The notes beneath the pieces are model-generated. The model made no database searches. It saw only the letters and a program-made list of their open reading frames with translations, and had not been told where the DNA came from. A stretch of DNA of 42,827 nucleotides, taken from Alphaproteobacteria bacterium (lineage in GTDB: Bacteria; Pseudomonadota; Alphaproteobacteria; CAAHEQ01; UBA3637). The stretch spans positions 1-42,827 of the forward strand of contig JAZUQR010000012.1 in assembly GCA_045605805.1 (NCBI GenBank), read 5' to 3'. Positions 33,280 to 42,448 of the stretch are shown piece after piece; positions within the stretch are counted from its first letter, which is position 1, and the number at the start of each line of letters is the position of its first letter. The position numbers and the translations under genes were made by a program.

Positions 33280-33296
33280 GTGTCCTAAAAAGACAC
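33280..33296. promoter_or_regulatory. Operator copy directly after cro
   Basis: GTGTCCTAAAAAGACAC. Confidence 0.7.
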
Positions 33297-33365
33297 AATT
33301 TATATCGAATCGGGACAATCAGTAACGGCATAAGTTGATACATCAACAGAAAAGGAAGTGGTGCC

Positions 33366-33842
33366 ATGGGTAAGAATCAGGACATATATTCAGAACCAAA
33401 AGTATTTACATATGAAAATTGCATAGTGCGAGTGTATAGCCCGGTACTTACCGAAGAGGAAAGGGAAAGAAGAATGAATGCCCTTAAAAAAACCACCGCT
33501 AACTTTATGAAGGCGGTTATCGAGCAGGAAAGCCAATACAACGCATCTGCCGTGGGTGATGGCGGTAATTCAGTGGGATTGATGCAGATACAGGAGCGGT
33601 GGCACCGGGAACGGATGGACAGGCTAGGATGCACGGATTTAACCAATCCATACCAAAATATTGCGGTTGGGGTGGACTTGCTTGCGGAACTGTACGGAAT
33701 GAATCCGGATACCTATTGGGTGCTTATGGCCTATAACGGTGGAATTGATTATGCCAACAGAATGATGCAAACGGTTACATACAGCGAATATGCGGTGGAA
33801 GTGGTGGAAAGAGCAGATGAATTAGAAAGGAGCATGGAATGA
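33366..33842 (+). CDS. Lytic transglycosylase (SLT) domain fused to a small early phage protein
   Basis: AVIEQES, GLMQI, NI..G...L, AYNGG; the N-terminal VRVYSPVLTEEERERR segment is not SLT-like. Confidence 0.8.
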   Translation: MGKNQDIYSEPKVFTYENCIVRVYSPVLTEEERERRMNALKKTTANFMKAVIEQESQYNASAVGDGGNSVGLMQIQERWHRERMDRLGCTDLTNPYQNIAVGVDLLAELYGMNPDTYWVLMAYNGGIDYANRMMQTVTYSEYAVEVVERADELERSME

Positions 33843-33967
33843 AAGAAGTTGAAATTAGCAGCAAGTGTGCAGGGGAATTGACCGTGGAAGAAGCAATGAA
33901 GTTGCACAAATTAGGATATGAATTTGTAGTGGAAGATGGGGTGGTTACTCATGTTTTACACGGATGA
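33839..33967 (+). CDS. Small hypothetical protein (42 aa)
   Basis: GAAAGGAG RBS, ATGA overlap; MKEVEISSKCAGELTVEEAMKLHKLGYEFVVEDGVVTHVLHG. Confidence 0.55.
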   Translation: MKEVEISSKCAGELTVEEAMKLHKLGYEFVVEDGVVTHVLHG

Positions 33968-34145
33968 TCCATTGGCTGATTATTCCCGGTATTGTGCAAA
34001 GCAGGAAGAAGAGTTGAAAAAGATGCCAATATGCAGGGAATGCGAAGAACACATTCAGGATGAAAAAGCATATCACATAGATGATAAATGGATATGTGAA
34101 AGCTGCATGGAAAATTTCCATGAAGATGTACAGCCGATTTACTAA
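33951..34145 (+). CDS. Small zinc-finger protein
   Basis: DDPLADY...CRECEEHI...ICESC. Confidence 0.7.
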   Translation: MFYTDDPLADYSRYCAKQEEELKKMPICRECEEHIQDEKAYHIDDKWICESCMENFHEDVQPIY

Positions 34146-34185
34146 AAAACAAAAGATACCAACACAGAATATATGAAGGGTATCT

Positions 34186-35001
34186 ATGAAAGAATTTAAG
34201 TCATTTTATAAAGAAGTCGCAGGAAACGAAGGTGGCAAATGTCACTACAACACAAGGCTTGATGCGTATGGGTGCGGATGCCAACATGATTGTTCCTATT
34301 GTTACGCAAAATCCCTTCTGAATTTCAGAAACCTATGGGATGCAAAGGAACCTTCGGTGGCAGACATAAGGAAGATTGAAAGAAAGATTGCAAAGATTCC
34401 TAAGGACAGCATCATCCGGCTTGGGGGCATGACAGATTGCTTCCAACCATGTGAAGAAGAATACCGCATCACAAAGGAAACCATAAAGATATTGAATCAA
34501 TATGGAATCGGCTATCTGATAGTAACGAAATCCGATTTGGTTTGCGAATATATGAACCTATTGGACAAGCAGAAAGCCCATATTCAGGTAACAACAACCT
34601 GGGTGCCATGTGAAAAAGCGGTAAGCACAGAAAGAAGAATCAGAGCCATTGAAACTCTATATGCAGAAGGTTTTGATGTGGCGGTTAGGTTATCGCCTTA
34701 TATACCACAATTTGTGGATTTTGAACGGCTTAACAGTATCAAATGCAACAAAATAATCGTTGAATTTTTGAGAGTAAACCATTGGATTGAAAAGTGGCTA
34801 CCGCTTGATTATTCCGATTATACCGTGAAGCAATCTGGATATAGGCACCTGCCTTTGGAAAAGAAAATAGAATACTTGGCCAAGGTCACAGGCTTTGATG
34901 AAGTTTCAGTTTGCGAAGATGTGACAGAACACTATGAGTATTGGAAAGAAGCGGTGAACCATAACAAAGAGGATTGCTGCAATTTAAGGGTGGCACTATG
35001 A
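34186..35001 (+). CDS. Radical SAM protein (spore photoproduct lyase-like family)
   Basis: GCQHDCSYCYA (CxxxCxxC), GGMTDCFQP, IVTKS, VRLSP. Confidence 0.85.
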   Translation: MKEFKSFYKEVAGNEGGKCHYNTRLDAYGCGCQHDCSYCYAKSLLNFRNLWDAKEPSVADIRKIERKIAKIPKDSIIRLGGMTDCFQPCEEEYRITKETIKILNQYGIGYLIVTKSDLVCEYMNLLDKQKAHIQVTTTWVPCEKAVSTERRIRAIETLYAEGFDVAVRLSPYIPQFVDFERLNSIKCNKIIVEFLRVNHWIEKWLPLDYSDYTVKQSGYRHLPLEKKIEYLAKVTGFDEVSVCEDVTEHYEYWKEAVNHNKEDCCNLRVAL

Positions 35002-35642
35002 AGGTGCTAGAACTATTCGCAGGAACACGAAGTATCAGTAAAGCGTTTGAAGCAAAAGGTCATGAAGTGTTCACTGTGGAATGGAACAAGGATTTTGAAA
35101 ACATCAATCTTTATGCGGATATAGGGACCATCACCGCAGAAGAAATTCTGCAAAAATTCGGGAAACCGGATGTGATATGGGCTTCGCCTGATTGTTCTAC
35201 ATTTAGTGTTGCAGCCATAAGCCATCACAGAAAGAAAAACCATATAACAGGGAATCTTGACCCGGTGAGCGAATATGCGAAGTTTTGTGATGAAGTGGAC
35301 AAGCACGTTTTGCAACTTATTAAGGATTTACAACCACAATTCTACTTTATTGAAAATCCAAGAGGGGCAATGCGAAAAATGCAATGGATGAAGGACTTGC
35401 CAAGGTACACGGTTACATATTGCCAGTATGGCGAAAAAAGGATGAAACCAACAGATATTTGGACAAACCATCCGAATCCACAATTTAAACCACCTTGCAA
35501 GAACGGTGATCCGTGCCACGAAAAAGCACCAAGGGGAAGCCAAACAGGAACGCAGAGATTGAAAACAGCAACAGAAAAAGCGGTAATACCGCAACAGTTA
35601 TGCGAACACATAGTTGATATATGTGAAAAATACATATTTTAA
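34998..35642 (+). CDS. DNA cytosine-5 methyltransferase-like protein 1
   Basis: VLELFAG (motif I), DVIWASPDC (motif IV variant), FIENP (motif VI), YCQYG...KPT. Confidence 0.8.
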   Translation: MKVLELFAGTRSISKAFEAKGHEVFTVEWNKDFENINLYADIGTITAEEILQKFGKPDVIWASPDCSTFSVAAISHHRKKNHITGNLDPVSEYAKFCDEVDKHVLQLIKDLQPQFYFIENPRGAMRKMQWMKDLPRYTVTYCQYGEKRMKPTDIWTNHPNPQFKPPCKNGDPCHEKAPRGSQTGTQRLKTATEKAVIPQQLCEHIVDICEKYIF

Positions 35643-35700
35643 ATCGAAAGGAAAAGAGGTTGTCCGGACATAAAACCATGGTTTCCTTCGGTGAGTAAAA

Positions 35701-36450
35701 ATGAATATTTTAGTAGCTTGTGAAGAGAGCCAAGCGGTCACAAAAGAATTAAGAGCATTAGGGCATAACGCATATTCATGCGACATTATCGAATGCAGCG
35801 GTGGACATCCGGAATGGCATATTAAAGGTGATGCGTTGTCACTAATCAACAAAGAAAAAAAGGTTTTTTATAAGGGCAAGTATGTATGGGTTTTTAATAC
35901 TCAAGACGATTCTTATACGAAAGTTGTTGAAGAATGGGATATGATTATCGCATTTCCACCGTGTACATATTTAACAAATGCAGGAACAAGGCACTTTTCT
36001 TTGAAGTGTAGCACACCTGAGAAGATTAAAAAAAGGTTGGTGTTAAGGAAGGAAGCAGCAGAATTTTTTATGAAGTTTGCAAATGCCGATTGTGAAAAAA
36101 TTGCAATCGAAAATCCAGTTGGTTATATGAACAGTTTTTTCAGGAAAGCAGACCAAATCATTCACCCTTATTATTTTGCAAATAGTGTGGATGATATTGA
36201 AAACTATCACCAAAAAAGGACTTGTTTGTGGTTAAAGGGATTGCCATTGCTAGAGCGTACCAATCAATTACCAAAACCACAACCAATGTATGTTTGCCAA
36301 GGTGAGAAGTGCAAAGGGAAACCTATTGGATGGTGCGAAGGAATGCGGAACATCAAAGGTGGCCAAGCAGAACGAGCCAAGGCAAGAAGCAAAACGTTTC
36401 CGGGTATTGCAAAAGCTATGGCAGAACAATGGGCCGGGAAAAATATTTAA
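35701..36450 (+). CDS. DNA cytosine-5 methyltransferase-like protein 2
   Basis: ILVACEESQ, DMIIAFPPCTYL, IENPVG, KRTCLWLKGLP, RSKTFPGIAKAMAEQW. Confidence 0.8.
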   Translation: MNILVACEESQAVTKELRALGHNAYSCDIIECSGGHPEWHIKGDALSLINKEKKVFYKGKYVWVFNTQDDSYTKVVEEWDMIIAFPPCTYLTNAGTRHFSLKCSTPEKIKKRLVLRKEAAEFFMKFANADCEKIAIENPVGYMNSFFRKADQIIHPYYFANSVDDIENYHQKRTCLWLKGLPLLERTNQLPKPQPMYVCQGEKCKGKPIGWCEGMRNIKGGQAERAKARSKTFPGIAKAMAEQWAGKNI

Positions 36451-36470
36451 AAAGAAAGGGAGAAACAACA

Positions 36471-36653
36471 ATGTGGAAATTAACAGTATATCAACCCAAA
36501 AAATATAGGGATTGGGAAACAGACCAGGAAATCAGTTTTACAGGGGATTTGGTGGACTTGCAGCACCTTATCATGTGCATGGCCAACACAAAAGCGAAAG
36601 TAAGATTTGAAATCACACAGGTTGAGGAAGGAGAAGAACAGAATGGAAATTAG
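36471..36653 (+). CDS. Hypothetical protein
   Basis: AAAGGGAG RBS; MWKLTVYQ... Confidence 0.55.
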   Translation: MWKLTVYQPKKYRDWETDQEISFTGDLVDLQHLIMCMANTKAKVRFEITQVEEGEEQNGN

Positions 36654-37521
36654 AATGAATGAAATGCAATTACCCGAAAAAATTGGTTTTAACTATGAAG
36701 AGTTAAAACAGGAATTAACGGAAAAGGTTTCTATGTATGAAACATTGGTTTATTCAGATGATCAGATTAAACAGGCAAAGGAAGATAAGGCGAACCTGAA
36801 CAAATTAAAAAAAGCTTTGAATGACGAAAGAATCCGCAGAGAAAAAGAGTATATGCAGCCATTCAATGAATTTAAAGCACAGGTAAATGAAATAATCGGC
36901 ATTATTGATAAGCCCATTGCCGTAATTGACAGACAGGTGAAGGAATACGAGGAAAAGCAGAAACAGGATAAATATTCGGAAATTCATGCTTATTTTATCG
37001 CAAGGGATTTGCCGGATGATATGCCGGACCTTTTTGATAAGATTTTCGATTCCAAGTGGTTGAATGCATCCGTAAGTATGAAATCTATCAGGGAAGCTAT
37101 TGATACAAAGTTGGAACAGATTTTTATGGATGTGAAAATCATTGAAGATTTGCCCGAATTTGCGTTTGAAGCAATGGAAACTTATAAATCATGCCTTGAT
37201 GTTAGAACAGCCTTAAACGAAGCCAACAGGCTTGCGGAAATAGCAAAGAGAAAAGCAGAGCAGGAAAGAATTATTGCAGAAAGAGAAGCTTGCAAAATGG
37301 AAGAAGCAAGCACAAAAGAAGAAGTAAACACGGAAGAGATAGAACAGGTTCCGGAATCGTTGGAAAGTGATGATTTAGAACCTTGTGACAACTTCATTCC
37401 CGATTTTGGGGAAATCCTTGAAAAGAAGTGGGTTGTTATTAAAGCAAAACTTACAGCGGATGAAAAAGCAGAAATATTGCAGATTCTCACAAGCAAGAAT
37501 ATTGAATTTGAATTGTTATGA
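36643..37521 (+). CDS. DUF1351 family protein
   Basis: I.FNYEELK, AK..KANLNKL, MQPFNEF, QVKEYEE. Confidence 0.8.
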   Translation: MEIRMNEMQLPEKIGFNYEELKQELTEKVSMYETLVYSDDQIKQAKEDKANLNKLKKALNDERIRREKEYMQPFNEFKAQVNEIIGIIDKPIAVIDRQVKEYEEKQKQDKYSEIHAYFIARDLPDDMPDLFDKIFDSKWLNASVSMKSIREAIDTKLEQIFMDVKIIEDLPEFAFEAMETYKSCLDVRTALNEANRLAEIAKRKAEQERIIAEREACKMEEASTKEEVNTEEIEQVPESLESDDLEPCDNFIPDFGEILEKKWVVIKAKLTADEKAEILQILTSKNIEFELL

Positions 37522-37532
37522 AAGGGGGAAGA

Positions 37533-38249
37533 ATGATGGAATTTAGACTTTTACACGCAGATGAAATTGAATGCCGTATATCAATATGCAACCAATACGG
37601 TGTAGGGCTTCTGTTATATAAGGATGCCCGGTGTGATCAGAACATATTGGATGAAACCGTGGGTCCTATGAATTGGGAACGGCACCACAGCCGGGATAAT
37701 GCAAATTGTGTGGTTTCAATTTGGGATTCTGAAAAAAAACAGTGGGTGGAAAAAGAGGATACCGGAACGGAATCCAACACCGAGAAGGAAAAGGGGCTTG
37801 CATCCGATTCCTTCAAAAGAGCCTGTTTTAATTGGGGAATTGGCCGTGAATTATACACAGCCCCGAATATGTTTATCTTAAAAAAAGACCTGAAAACATT
37901 GGAAGAAACCGAATGGCAGGGCAAGAAAAAGTGGACTTGCAAGGATTCCTTCAAAGTAACGGAAATTGAGTATATCAATAAAAGGATTGCATATGTGAAG
38001 GTTTTGAATCTGAAAAACAATGTAGAAATCGAATTTGGACAACCTTCCGAAGCGGTGAAGGAAGAAACAGCGGTTGCAAAAGAAAAAATCGGCAATATAA
38101 AAGCGGAAGCCCTGAAAGCAAGATGCAAGAATGATGGGGTGGAACCGGAAAAGATTTTGAAACTTTATAAGGTGGAATCGTTTGAAAAACTCACAGAAAA
38201 GCAATTCCGGAACATAGCGGATAATTGGGAAAAGATTAAGGTGATTTGA
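37533..38249 (+). CDS. Rad52/Sak-like single-strand annealing protein
   Basis: YKDAR....LDETVG..NW, KEDTG.ESN...EKG.ASDSFKRACFNWGIGRELY. Confidence 0.8.
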   Translation: MMEFRLLHADEIECRISICNQYGVGLLLYKDARCDQNILDETVGPMNWERHHSRDNANCVVSIWDSEKKQWVEKEDTGTESNTEKEKGLASDSFKRACFNWGIGRELYTAPNMFILKKDLKTLEETEWQGKKKWTCKDSFKVTEIEYINKRIAYVKVLNLKNNVEIEFGQPSEAVKEETAVAKEKIGNIKAEALKARCKNDGVEPEKILKLYKVESFEKLTEKQFRNIADNWEKIKVI

Positions 38250-38785
38250 TGGAATTTACAGGCAAAATTCAGAATATTGCAAAAGATTGGCAAACAGGCC
38301 AATTCCACATAACATTCACGGTCAATGAACCGTCTGCCATCAATGAAGTGGAGAATATCCAAGGATGTGAGAAGTTAAGCATCCGGGCGGTGCAATATCG
38401 CAAGAAAAGAAGCTTGGATGCAAATGCGCTTCTTTGGGTATGCCTTGGAAGGATGGCAGAAAGCCTTCGGGCAGATAAGTGGGATGTGTACCTTAATATG
38501 CTGAAAAGATACGGACAGTACACTTACATATGCGTAAAGCCGGGCATGGTGGAAGCGGTGAAAAAACAGTGGCGAGAATGTGAGGAAGTCGGGGAAATCG
38601 ACATAAACGGTCAGAAAGCCATTCAGATGCTTTGCTACTTCGGGAGCAGCACTTACAACACAAAGGAATTTTCCATATTGCTTGATGGTGTCATATCGGA
38701 AATGAAAGAAATGGGATTGGAAACACCTGCAAGCGAGGATATGCAAAGAGCATTGGAACAGTGGGAAAGGATGCAGAAGAAATGA
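38246..38785 (+). CDS. NinB/Orf-like recombination protein
   Basis: KRSLDANALLW, GSSTYNTKEFSILLDG. Confidence 0.65.
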   Translation: MMEFTGKIQNIAKDWQTGQFHITFTVNEPSAINEVENIQGCEKLSIRAVQYRKKRSLDANALLWVCLGRMAESLRADKWDVYLNMLKRYGQYTYICVKPGMVEAVKKQWRECEEVGEIDINGQKAIQMLCYFGSSTYNTKEFSILLDGVISEMKEMGLETPASEDMQRALEQWERMQKK

Positions 38786-39060
38786 AAAGCATAATACAGA
38801 CCGAAAAAGAATGCTATGTATGCCGAACAACCTATAACCTGCAAGACCATCACATTATATACGGTACATCCAATCGGAAAAATTCTGAAAGGTACGGATT
38901 GAAGGTTTGGTTGTGCTTAGACCACCACATAGGAAACACAGGGGTCCATTTTAACAAGGATTTGGACATACACCTAAAGAAGTTAGCACAGGAACATTTT
39001 GAAGCCCGATTCGGGGAAAGAAATGATTTCAGGGGCATATTTGGAAAATCATATTTATAG
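38782..39060 (+). CDS. HNH-like zinc-binding protein
   Basis: CYVC...HHI..G..R..S...GL.VWLC..HH...GVH. Confidence 0.7.
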   Translation: MKSIIQTEKECYVCRTTYNLQDHHIIYGTSNRKNSERYGLKVWLCLDHHIGNTGVHFNKDLDIHLKKLAQEHFEARFGERNDFRGIFGKSYL

Positions 39061-39077
39061 AAAGCGAGGATAAGAGA

Positions 39078-39476
39078 ATGAACAAAGTGATTTTAATTGG
39101 AAGATTGGTTGCGGATCCGGAAGTGAGATATAGCCAGGGCGAAAATCCCATGGCGGTGGCAAGATACCGTTTGGCGGTTGACCGTAAATTCAAAAGAGAA
39201 GGCGAAGATACCGCAGATTTTGTGCCTTGCGTAGCCTTCGGAAAGAATGGAGAGTTTGCAGAAAAGTATTTGCATAAAGGGATGAAAATTGCAATATGCG
39301 GAAGAATCCAAACCGGAAGTTATACCAACAAAGACGGTGTGAAGGTATATACCACAGATGTAGTAGTGGAAGAACATGATTTCTGTGAAAGCAAAGGCAA
39401 TCAGGCACCACCTGCAAGCAATGATGATTTTGCAAATATCCCGGATGGTATTGATGAAGAAATTCCATTCAATTAA
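39078..39476 (+). CDS. ssb: Single-stranded DNA-binding protein
   Basis: MNKVILIGRL..DPEVRY, GRIQTGSY, acidic tail DEEIPFN. Confidence 0.95.
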   Translation: MNKVILIGRLVADPEVRYSQGENPMAVARYRLAVDRKFKREGEDTADFVPCVAFGKNGEFAEKYLHKGMKIAICGRIQTGSYTNKDGVKVYTTDVVVEEHDFCESKGNQAPPASNDDFANIPDGIDEEIPFN

Positions 39477-39575
39477 GAAGGTGAAAGCATGAATGAATTA
39501 TTGCGTAACGGTTCAGGATATGTGGATTTTGTAGCATTTGAAGCACTTTAAAACATAGAAAAGGAGAAAAAAGCA

Positions 39576-40046
39576 ATGTATAAACGTGGAGAAATTTTTG
39601 AATATGAAATGCGAGATAGGGCAGATGTGAAAATGGCCTTGGTGGTGTCCGCAGATTTCCGGGCAAATGATAGATTCGTAAACATCATCATTCTGAATGA
39701 AAACCAGGTTGGTGAAGTAACAGTGCCTATTGTTTGCCGGGGGCAGATGTATGCGGATTGTGGCATGGTTTCCTTTGCACATACAGACAGGATGCTTGAT
39801 TTTGTCCGCAAAGCAACGGATGAAGAAATGACAAAGATTGATGCAGGTATCATGGAATGCCTTGGATTGGAAAGAAACGATATTAGCATTCCAACCGTTA
39901 GTGTGGCCGAGACATTGAAACCTATGTTGGTAAATGAAGCAGAACCAAAGGTTGAAATTTTTTCAGAAGAACTTGCAACGGCAAAGGCAGAAGCAAGCAT
40001 TTATAAGGGCTTATATGAAAAACTTCTTGAAAAGGTTGTGGGATAA
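39576..40046 (+). CDS. PemK/MazF-fold-like phage protein (degenerate)
   Basis: KRGEIF...ALVVSAD...EEMTKIDAGI...LGL pattern plus C-terminal coil. Confidence 0.5.
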   Translation: MYKRGEIFEYEMRDRADVKMALVVSADFRANDRFVNIIILNENQVGEVTVPIVCRGQMYADCGMVSFAHTDRMLDFVRKATDEEMTKIDAGIMECLGLERNDISIPTVSVAETLKPMLVNEAEPKVEIFSEELATAKAEASIYKGLYEKLLEKVVG

Positions 40047-40391
40047 ATGATCAACAGCAAAGAAAAAGGGAAACGATTTGAAAGGCAACTTGCAGGGCGG
40101 TTCCGTGATTATGGATATAGCGAAGCAAGACGAACAGCACAGTATTGTGGCAATACCGGGGATGCATCAGATGTGGTGGGGCTTCCCGGCATCCACATAG
40201 AAGCAAAGCACCAAGAAAAGATGCAGCTATATGATTGGATGGCACAGGCGGTGAGAGATTCCGAAAGCACAGGCAACCTACCTGCCGTATTCCACAAAAA
40301 GAACCACGCAGAAATCCTTGTGACAATGCGATTTGATGATTTTATGCAGATATACAAGGAATATGAAGCATCCATGAAGGAAGGTGAATGA
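40047..40391 (+). CDS. Holliday junction resolvase-like PD-(D/E)xK nuclease
   Basis: SKEKGKRFER, RR.AQ, SDV, HIEAK. Confidence 0.75.
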   Translation: MINSKEKGKRFERQLAGRFRDYGYSEARRTAQYCGNTGDASDVVGLPGIHIEAKHQEKMQLYDWMAQAVRDSESTGNLPAVFHKKNHAEILVTMRFDDFMQIYKEYEASMKEGE

Positions 40392-40710
40392 TTTGAATAA
40401 ATCCAAAGAATTAAGGAACACAACAAAGCTTGTAAAAGATATTTTGCAAGGCTATCCGGAAGCCCGGAACAGTGACAACCTTTTATATATCAAAGTATGT
40501 GAAAAGTTAAACAATACCGCATTGCATCAACCGTTTTGGCAGGTGTTGGCATCCTTGAAAGAATTAAATCTTCCGGGGTTTGAAACGGTCCGCAGGGCAA
40601 GGCAGAAGATACAGGCATCATGCCCGGAATTATCCGGGGATAGCAACGTGGAAGCACAAAGAATGGTGAATGAAGATATATTCAGAGAATATGCGAAGGG
40701 AAGGTGTTAA
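40384..40710 (+). CDS. Hypothetical phage protein
   Basis: PEARNSD..LY, FETVRRARQKIQ...PEL. Confidence 0.65.
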   Translation: MNDLNKSKELRNTTKLVKDILQGYPEARNSDNLLYIKVCEKLNNTALHQPFWQVLASLKELNLPGFETVRRARQKIQASCPELSGDSNVEAQRMVNEDIFREYAKGRC

Positions 40711-40904
40711 GGATGAAAGAAATCGAAAGAATTATTGAAGCAAGGGTAACGGTTATTGCAAAAATGAACAATTCAGATGCGGATGAAGTCGAAAAATACA
40801 AAAAAGATGCGGAAAAGAACGTGAAGGAAACTTTGCAGAAGCTATATAAAGCGGATGATGTGCAAGTGGAAATCCATGATATTATCCGGGATATGAAGGA
40901 GTGA
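40704..40904 (+). CDS. Hypothetical protein
   Basis: Coupled ORF in the replication operon. Confidence 0.55.
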   Translation: MLRMKEIERIIEARVTVIAKMNNSDADEVEKYKKDAEKNVKETLQKLYKADDVQVEIHDIIRDMKE

Positions 40905-40910
40905 TGCAGC

Positions 40911-41702
40911 GTGGGAATCAAAAGAGTGATTGATACATCCTTTTGGACAGATGGAAAGGTTGACGAGTTCACACCGGAAGATAAATATTTCATGTGCTAT
41001 CTTCTTACAAATCCATTTACAACGCAATTAGGCATTTATGAAATCAGTATTAAACAGGCTGCATTTCAACTTGGATATTCAGAAGATACGGTGAACGCAT
41101 TGATTGATAGATTTGAAAATAAATATGGAATTATTATTTTTTCAAAATCAACCAAGGAAATTGCGGTAAAAAACTTTTTAAGGCATTCAATTCTAAAAGG
41201 TGGAAAGCCAGTGGAAGATTGCATTAAAAAAGAAATGCAGAAGGTGAAAAATAAAAGTCTTATCACAAAGGTATTCGGCCATATATCCGGCAAAGATGAT
41301 CTGAATGAAACGGTGAAGAAGATTGTTAGCGAATATGAAAATGAAAACCAAAATGATAATGACAATGACAATGATGTATCGTACCACGATTCGTGCCACG
41401 ATTCGTCAAGCCAACGCAAAAAACCTTCCAAGCATAAATATGGTGAGTATAAGAATGTTCTTTTGACAGATGAAGAGTTGCAGAAATTAAAGACAGAATA
41501 TTCTGATTATGAAGAACGGATTGAAAAATTATCTTCCTATGTGGAAAGTACCGGGAAACGATACAAAAGCCATTATGCAACAATCAGGATGTGGGCTAGG
41601 AAGGATGCAGAAGTAAAACAGAATAAAACATATGCAAAGCAGACCAAGGCAGAAGAATTGGATGATGCATACAAAATGATGGCAGATTGGGCAGGTGAAT
41701 GA
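40911..41702 (+). CDS. Replication initiator (replisome organiser)
   Basis: FWTD, YLLTNP.T...GIYEI winged-helix N-terminus; low-complexity linker; YGEYKNVLL...YKSHYATI. Confidence 0.8.
   Translation: MGIKRVIDTSFWTDGKVDEFTPEDKYFMCYLLTNPFTTQLGIYEISIKQAAFQLGYSEDTVNALIDRFENKYGIIIFSKSTKEIAVKNFLRHSILKGGKPVEDCIKKEMQKVKNKSLITKVFGHISGKDDLNETVKKIVSEYENENQNDNDNDNDVSYHDSCHDSSSQRKKPSKHKYGEYKNVLLTDEELQKLKTEYSDYEERIEKLSSYVESTGKRYKSHYATIRMWARKDAEVKQNKTYAKQTKAEELDDAYKMMADWAGE
41334..41407. repeat. Candidate replication origin repeats within the initiator gene
   Basis: AATGAN hexamer run, then TCGTACCACGAT TCGTGCCACGAT TCGT 12-bp tandem repeats. Confidence 0.5.
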
Positions 41703-42240
41703 TGTGGATAAAAAGGAATTTTCCATGTTTGCAATGGCAATCCGTACATATTACCCAAAAGAACAGATACTTCCCAACCAACAGGCAATGGAATTGTGGT
41801 ACCGGGAATTGCAAGACATACCATACCAAGTGGCAGAAGCAGCATTGCGGAAATGGGTTGCTATAAATAAATGGTCACCTTCCATAGCAGAAATCAGGGA
41901 AATGGCTTCCACCGTGCAACACGGAAGCATCCCTGATTGGGGGGAAGGATGGGAGCAGGTAATTGTGGCCATCCGAAAATATGGATCATACAGAATACCC
42001 GAAGCAATGGAATCCTTTGAGCCTATCACAAGACAATGCGTTGAAAGGTTGGGTTTCCGGAATATCTGTATGAGCGAAAACATCACAGCGGACCGTGCAA
42101 ACTTCCGCATGATGTATGAACAGATAGCAGAACGGCAAAAAAGAGAAAATCAAACGTCCTTACCGCTGCAGGAAATTATAAAAAAATTGCAAGGTGGGGA
42201 ATCGGAGAAAATAGAAAGGATAGAAGCAAAAAATGAATGA
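41695..42240 (+). CDS. Replicative helicase loader/inhibitor (SPP1 G39P-like)
   Basis: YP......LW...LQDIPY.....AL.KW....KWSPSIAEIR; follows the initiator. Confidence 0.75.
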   Translation: MNDVDKKEFSMFAMAIRTYYPKEQILPNQQAMELWYRELQDIPYQVAEAALRKWVAINKWSPSIAEIREMASTVQHGSIPDWGEGWEQVIVAIRKYGSYRIPEAMESFEPITRQCVERLGFRNICMSENITADRANFRMMYEQIAERQKRENQTSLPLQEIIKKLQGGESEKIERIEAKNE

Positions 42241-42448
42241 AAATGACATTATAGCAAAATATGTGCAAACAAAATACCCGGAGTTATTAAAAAGTGCAGA
42301 TTATGCGTTTTTCAAAATCGGGGTTAGATTAGGAGAATTTGCAAATGCAGCGGTGGAAGCCATGAAAGGAATTGATTTTGAAAGCCTGAAAAAGATGGCG
42401 GATGAAATGGAAGGGAGAAAAAATGGAGAGATTAACAGCGAGAAATAA
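42233..42448 (+). CDS. Hypothetical protein
   Basis: Coupled ORF. Confidence 0.5.
   Translation: MNENDIIAKYVQTKYPELLKSADYAFFKIGVRLGEFANAAVEAMKGIDFESLKKMADEMEGRKNGEINSEK

Noticed and set aside
23864-39551. Genome-wide stop-codon reassignment suggested by two in-frame TAA interruptions
   Set aside because: TAA, TAG and TGA all end many clearly bounded genes, coding density is normal under code 11, and no suppressor tRNA was seen.
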